Positions 60,343 to 64,000 of a stretch of DNA of 64,000 nt are shown here, piece by piece. Position 1 is the first letter of the stretch, and every line of letters begins with the position of its first letter. The stretch comes from a plasmid. The notes under the pieces were generated by a model. That model saw only the letters and a list, made by a program, of their open reading frames with translations. It was not told where the DNA came from and searched no databases. The stretch lies in sequence record NZ_CP090008.1; one strand, written 5' to 3'. The translations under genes were made by a program, and so were the position numbers.

Positions 60343-60651
60343 CTAATTTTGAGAGTCATTATACGTTTCTTTATTAGTCTTCTCAGCATCCTTTCTTGCT
60401 TTTTCTTCTGCTCTTTTTCTCTTAATTTCCTCTTTTTCTTCTTTGACCTTATTTTGTGTTTCAACAACTAAATCATCAATAGATAAATCTGGATTTTCTA
60501 GTTTTTTCAATTCAAAATAGATTTGCCCTAGTTTATCAGTTTGTGATTTTTGATAAGCTTTAAGTTGCTCTGTAGCTTCTTTCTTTTGTTGTTCTAAGGC
60601 TTCAAGTTCCTTGATAAAATCTGATTCAGTTTTTTTGTTTTTTCCTGCCAT
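60343..60651 (-). CDS. Small Lys/Glu-rich coiled-coil protein
   Basis: 102-aa ORF convergent with the T4CP gene. Confidence 0.4.
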   Translation of the reverse strand: MAGKNKKTESDFIKELEALEQQKKEATEQLKAYQKSQTDKLGQIYFELKKLENPDLSIDDLVVETQNKVKEEKEEIKRKRAEEKARKDAEKTNKETYNDSQN

Positions 60652-61191
60652 AATTTGCTCCTTAATTATTAATTATGTCTAATAGTATAGAGCAAGAATA
60701 TTAAAAGTCAACCCATGTCACTCCCTTGAAAATAACCTATTCTAGGGTATACTGAACACTATAGCGACCTATTATAAATGAATCCTAAATGTAGTTATTA
60801 AGTGCTTAAAACCCCATAAAACCGGTTGTTACGAGTATTATGTAATAACCAGATTTTATAAATGAAAGTACAGAGAGAACAAAAGTCTAAGAGTTTACTG
60901 TATTTATAGGGTTGATGACTAATATTAGAAACTCGTAAATCATAAATGAGTAAATAGTGGCTACTATATAGCTAGAATAAACCATGTTTTTTAGGGATTA
61001 TCGTTATAAAAATAAACTACGACGTTATGAATGAGAGGAGATGAAAGTATCAATCAACATTTTACGGGTACAAAGGAATGTTTGAGCAGGTCTATATCAA
61101 AGGCTAAGCATAACTTTAAAAATAATAGCTATACTCTTCGAAAAAAGACCAGACTATATACCCTATTGATTGACTATTTTAGGACTACAAA

Positions 61192-62460
61192 ATGCAAGAT
61201 ATAAAATATAGAGATTTTACCTCACTTATTTCAAATAAAAAAAATAAAATTCATTACACTCAGAGAGATAAAATAGCTTCTTATTTTGTTTCAAAAAAGC
61301 AAAATACCTCACTGTCGTTTTCAGAAGAGGAGCTTATCATCTTTTATCATTTACTAAGGTTTAGTTATTTTGATAAGGAAATAGTAGACCTCATTTATAC
61401 TGCAGTAACTCGAAAATCCAAAACCCCTAATTCATGGTTTTATCGTCTTGTTGGAAAGGTGAATCATCCTATTTCAGCATGTTCGGATGCTAGAAGCGGT
61501 AAGAGAAAGATATATTATCTGAACAAAGGTTTTAGTACCTGGTTGCTTACTATGATTAAGGGGATTGATAAAATACGGTTGCTAACGACAACGACAGAAT
61601 ATGATAGGTCAGTATATAGCATTGTCAGTAATAATCTTCTAGGAGGGAAACCTCAAACCGTAAATATTCATGATCTAGAGACCAGACGATTAGTTGCTAA
61701 AATCTTAAACAAGCTTTTCTTTAAAAACCAAGACAAGTCTGTATATGACCTAAACATACAAGTCGTATTTCCTATTAGTCGGGTTAATCTTTTATTGGTT
61801 CCTGATGCTGTTGTATTTGTGAACGATAACCCTTTTTTTATTGAGTATGACCGAGCAACAGAACGTCAAACAATTCTACTTTCTAAAATATTTGGTTATG
61901 CAGAAGAACCAGCATTCGAAAATTCTAGTTTATTTTTCGTTTTCGAGAATAGTCGTAAAGATAATACGCAAGTATCTAAACGTTTAATGAACTTTTTGGA
62001 ATATGTAAATGAGGTTGAGGTTGAAGGTGTGACTGGACATGACATGTTAAAGCGTAAAAATATTTCTTTATTCAGTCAAACAACAACAAATGCTTCTGAC
62101 GTTATTGTCGAAATCATTCAAGAAAAGATGTTTTCAAATCATAAAGATTGGTGTGATTGCGAGGCTTATGATTTTTCTGAACTGCAGAAAATAGATTATC
62201 TTGTAAAGGAGATATCAGAACCTTTAGATGATGATAAATTCCAGTTATCAGCTGTTGTTGAAACAGACTCTTGGGAATTGAAAGAGTACCCTATGGTACC
62301 TATGGCATATATCAAAAATGACTTGATTTCACACTTAACTAGTCTCTATGAAGAATTCTCAATAGAGTATGAACATATGATCATTGTATTCCCAAAAGAA
62401 GTTCTACCAGAAAAAATAAAACTCCCTTTTGATGATTATTTCTTGATTGTTTATAGATAG
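61192..62460 (+). CDS. Hypothetical protein, 422 aa
   Basis: Long ORF with no recognised motifs. A weak RBS. Confidence 0.4.
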   Translation: MQDIKYRDFTSLISNKKNKIHYTQRDKIASYFVSKKQNTSLSFSEEELIIFYHLLRFSYFDKEIVDLIYTAVTRKSKTPNSWFYRLVGKVNHPISACSDARSGKRKIYYLNKGFSTWLLTMIKGIDKIRLLTTTTEYDRSVYSIVSNNLLGGKPQTVNIHDLETRRLVAKILNKLFFKNQDKSVYDLNIQVVFPISRVNLLLVPDAVVFVNDNPFFIEYDRATERQTILLSKIFGYAEEPAFENSSLFFVFENSRKDNTQVSKRLMNFLEYVNEVEVEGVTGHDMLKRKNISLFSQTTTNASDVIVEIIQEKMFSNHKDWCDCEAYDFSELQKIDYLVKEISEPLDDDKFQLSAVVETDSWELKEYPMVPMAYIKNDLISHLTSLYEEFSIEYEHMIIVFPKEVLPEKIKLPFDDYFLIVYR

Positions 62461-62477
62461 AGTAAAGGTATTTGTAA

Positions 62478-62840
62478 ATGGATTATTTGGAATACTTAGG
62501 AAGAAGACTTGTATGGTTAGTTGTTTCGCTTGTAGTTGTAATCGTAGTAAAAAGACCAAGAATTTTGAAAAGGCTAGCCATAGTTAGTGATGTAGCTATT
62601 GGAAAAATCAACTACTTTGTTTTTCCAGCAATTGCTTGTTTGGTTCTTGTCACTTATTTTATTTTGTACTTGTTTATGGTAGTTACTTTTTTCCTATCAT
62701 GGCGTTCTCTATCACTGAATAACGTGATGGAAATTATTTTACAAACGGTATTAATCAGCCCAACACTCTATACTTTATTTGTCCCACATAACGAGGTTAT
62801 CATGAGAGTTGATGAATTCATATCAGCGAAAGAAGAATAA
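62478..62840 (+). CDS. Hypothetical membrane protein, 120 aa
   Basis: Three hydrophobic helices. Confidence 0.4.
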   Translation: MDYLEYLGRRLVWLVVSLVVVIVVKRPRILKRLAIVSDVAIGKINYFVFPAIACLVLVTYFILYLFMVVTFFLSWRSLSLNNVMEIILQTVLISPTLYTLFVPHNEVIMRVDEFISAKEE

Positions 62841-62980
62841 ATAACGCGCAGCAACTGTAACACATAATCATTCTCTCAACTATTTAAAAGTATGTAAGAA
62901 AGTCACATGATAGTTTGAATTTGTTGTAAGTATCTGGTGGTGTTTTAAAGATAAAAAAGATTGAAAGGTAACGGTAATTA

Positions 62981-63778
62981 ATGACAATAAAAATTGAATC
63001 TGCTTGGGAAACCCTTTGTGATGCTTTCCCCAAGCTAAAGGATAATCCTCTTTACAAGGGTTGGTATATTAGCTATGCGATCCTTGTGACGTTTTCTATT
63101 TTGACGGTAGTTGTAGTGAACCATAGGGTTGTCTATGCTTTTCCGTTTGATTGGCTTGGTTTGCTTTTTGGAATTATCTTACCTTGGGTTTTTACAACCT
63201 TTTATATCGTATATCAAGGTGTGGACCATGCTCACCAGTTTACATCGACTAAAGTTGTTCTTGGGTTATTTATGTTACCAGTAATTCTGATTGGTTTTAC
63301 TTCTAATTTTAAGAATGAATATAGTTATAGCAATCGTATGGTTACTTCAGTTTTTGACCAAGAACTCACTCAACAAAGTTTCCACGCAACGAGGATTACA
63401 TCAAACCAACTTGATTACTTTAAGAAAGATAATGTCATTTTTCCTTATAAGAAGAATACGGCTTCAGAGATATATGTGTTCTTTAGACCTGATTGCCCTT
63501 ACTGTCAAAAATCAATTCCAGTACTCAACAAGAGCTTAACTGAAAAAGAACGAAACAAGATTATCTATGTTAATGTTCTTGACGAAAGTGGCAAGAATTT
63601 AGCTAAAGCTATGGGGGTAGAGAAAGCAGCAACAGCAGTTATCTATCATAAGGATAAGACTTCTGGTGGATGGTCCAAACTAATTGAACGAATGGCAGGT
63701 GGGAAGCATGCTGCACCTCGTCTTGATGAGGATGCTATTCGTGATATCGTATCAGTCGCAAAGGAGGAAACAAAATAA
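62981..63778 (+). CDS. Membrane-anchored thioredoxin-fold thiol-disulfide oxidoreductase
   Basis: N-terminal TM helices. C-terminal FFRPDCPYCQKSIP (CxxC). 265 aa. RBS GAAAGG. Confidence 0.6.
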   Translation: MTIKIESAWETLCDAFPKLKDNPLYKGWYISYAILVTFSILTVVVVNHRVVYAFPFDWLGLLFGIILPWVFTTFYIVYQGVDHAHQFTSTKVVLGLFMLPVILIGFTSNFKNEYSYSNRMVTSVFDQELTQQSFHATRITSNQLDYFKKDNVIFPYKKNTASEIYVFFRPDCPYCQKSIPVLNKSLTEKERNKIIYVNVLDESGKNLAKAMGVEKAATAVIYHKDKTSGGWSKLIERMAGGKHAAPRLDEDAIRDIVSVAKEETK

Positions 63779-64000
63779 TGTATTTATCAAAAACTCTAAG
63801 CAGGCTTAGCCTGCTAACTCATGACAGAAAAGAAAGTTCGGCTTATAATGAAGGTGAACAATACCAATCCGTTGTCTTTAATAGGGCTTTGCCTAGCCTG
63901 TATCAAAAACTGGATGAACAAGAGTCATGAGATAACTCGAATATGCCTTGAGCATGAAAATAAAATTACTAATAGCCTCTTGTTCTATTGTTCAATAGTT

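Noticed and set aside
1-64000. tRNA, rRNA and known streptococcal repeat elements (BOX, RUP)
   Set aside because: No stretch showed the GC-rich conserved stems of tRNA or rRNA. Known streptococcal repeat elements cannot be confirmed by eye. A tRNAscan, Rfam or BOX/RUP search would be needed.

Overview
Low-GC (about 33-35%) Firmicutes DNA, most likely a Streptococcus of the mitis/pneumoniae group. The window opens in the chromosomal terminus region and then runs into a large accessory block that looks like a Tn5253-type integrative conjugative element (ICE).

The window starts with the N-terminal 254 codons of the XerS tyrosine recombinase (minus strand, running off the window edge) and a difSL-like site about 70 bp upstream of it.

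Positions 900-3650 are an IS graveyard: a solo IS3 inverted repeat, an internally deleted IS110-family copy, a second IS110 3' fragment, and a frameshifted IS3-family element. An IS30 remnant lies further on, at about 7700-8000.

Between the IS3 and IS30 remnants is an uncharacterised four-gene minus-strand operon (3711-7554).

The backbone and cargo that follow look like a Tn5253-type ICE:
- a membrane-anchored, weakly GNAT-like protein, a SAM-dependent methyltransferase and an XerC/D-like recombinase;
- the pezA-pezT (epsilon/zeta) toxin-antitoxin pair;
- a DUF3991/Toprim primase;
- a complete class II multipeptide lantibiotic locus that matches the pneumolancidin (pld) organisation: four tandem lanA genes, a 35-aa peptide gene not in the ORF track, LanM, LanT with a C39 peptidase domain, a LuxR-type response regulator with a polytopic histidine kinase, and a BceAB-type ABC transporter;
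- a second, stop-ridden IS110 copy;
- a Cro/CI-like switch with an S24-peptidase repressor;
- an ORF-free 1.1 kb region with the architecture of a type I toxin-antitoxin (convergent sRNA and a 34-aa Fst-like peptide);
- a DUF4238 gene and a second IS3 remnant;
- a 1838-aa N6-methyltransferase/SNF2 helicase fusion;
- an operon of ICE maintenance and transfer genes (PcfJ-like protein, PilT/GspE-like ATPase, an HExxH protein, a zinc-finger/Toprim primase-like protein), two of which end in QLxLF beta-clamp-binding motifs.

The second half carries a plasmid-like module: a 1.6 kb AT-rich repeat field, parA with a small parB, an array of about eleven 21-bp iterons, and a Rep initiator. It also has an IS200/IS605 element, a catalytically degenerate tyrosine-recombinase-like gene, a membrane-anchored DRGH endonuclease, a 1012-aa VirD4/TraG-like coupling protein and a membrane thioredoxin.

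I recognised no rRNA, tRNA or CRISPR array.
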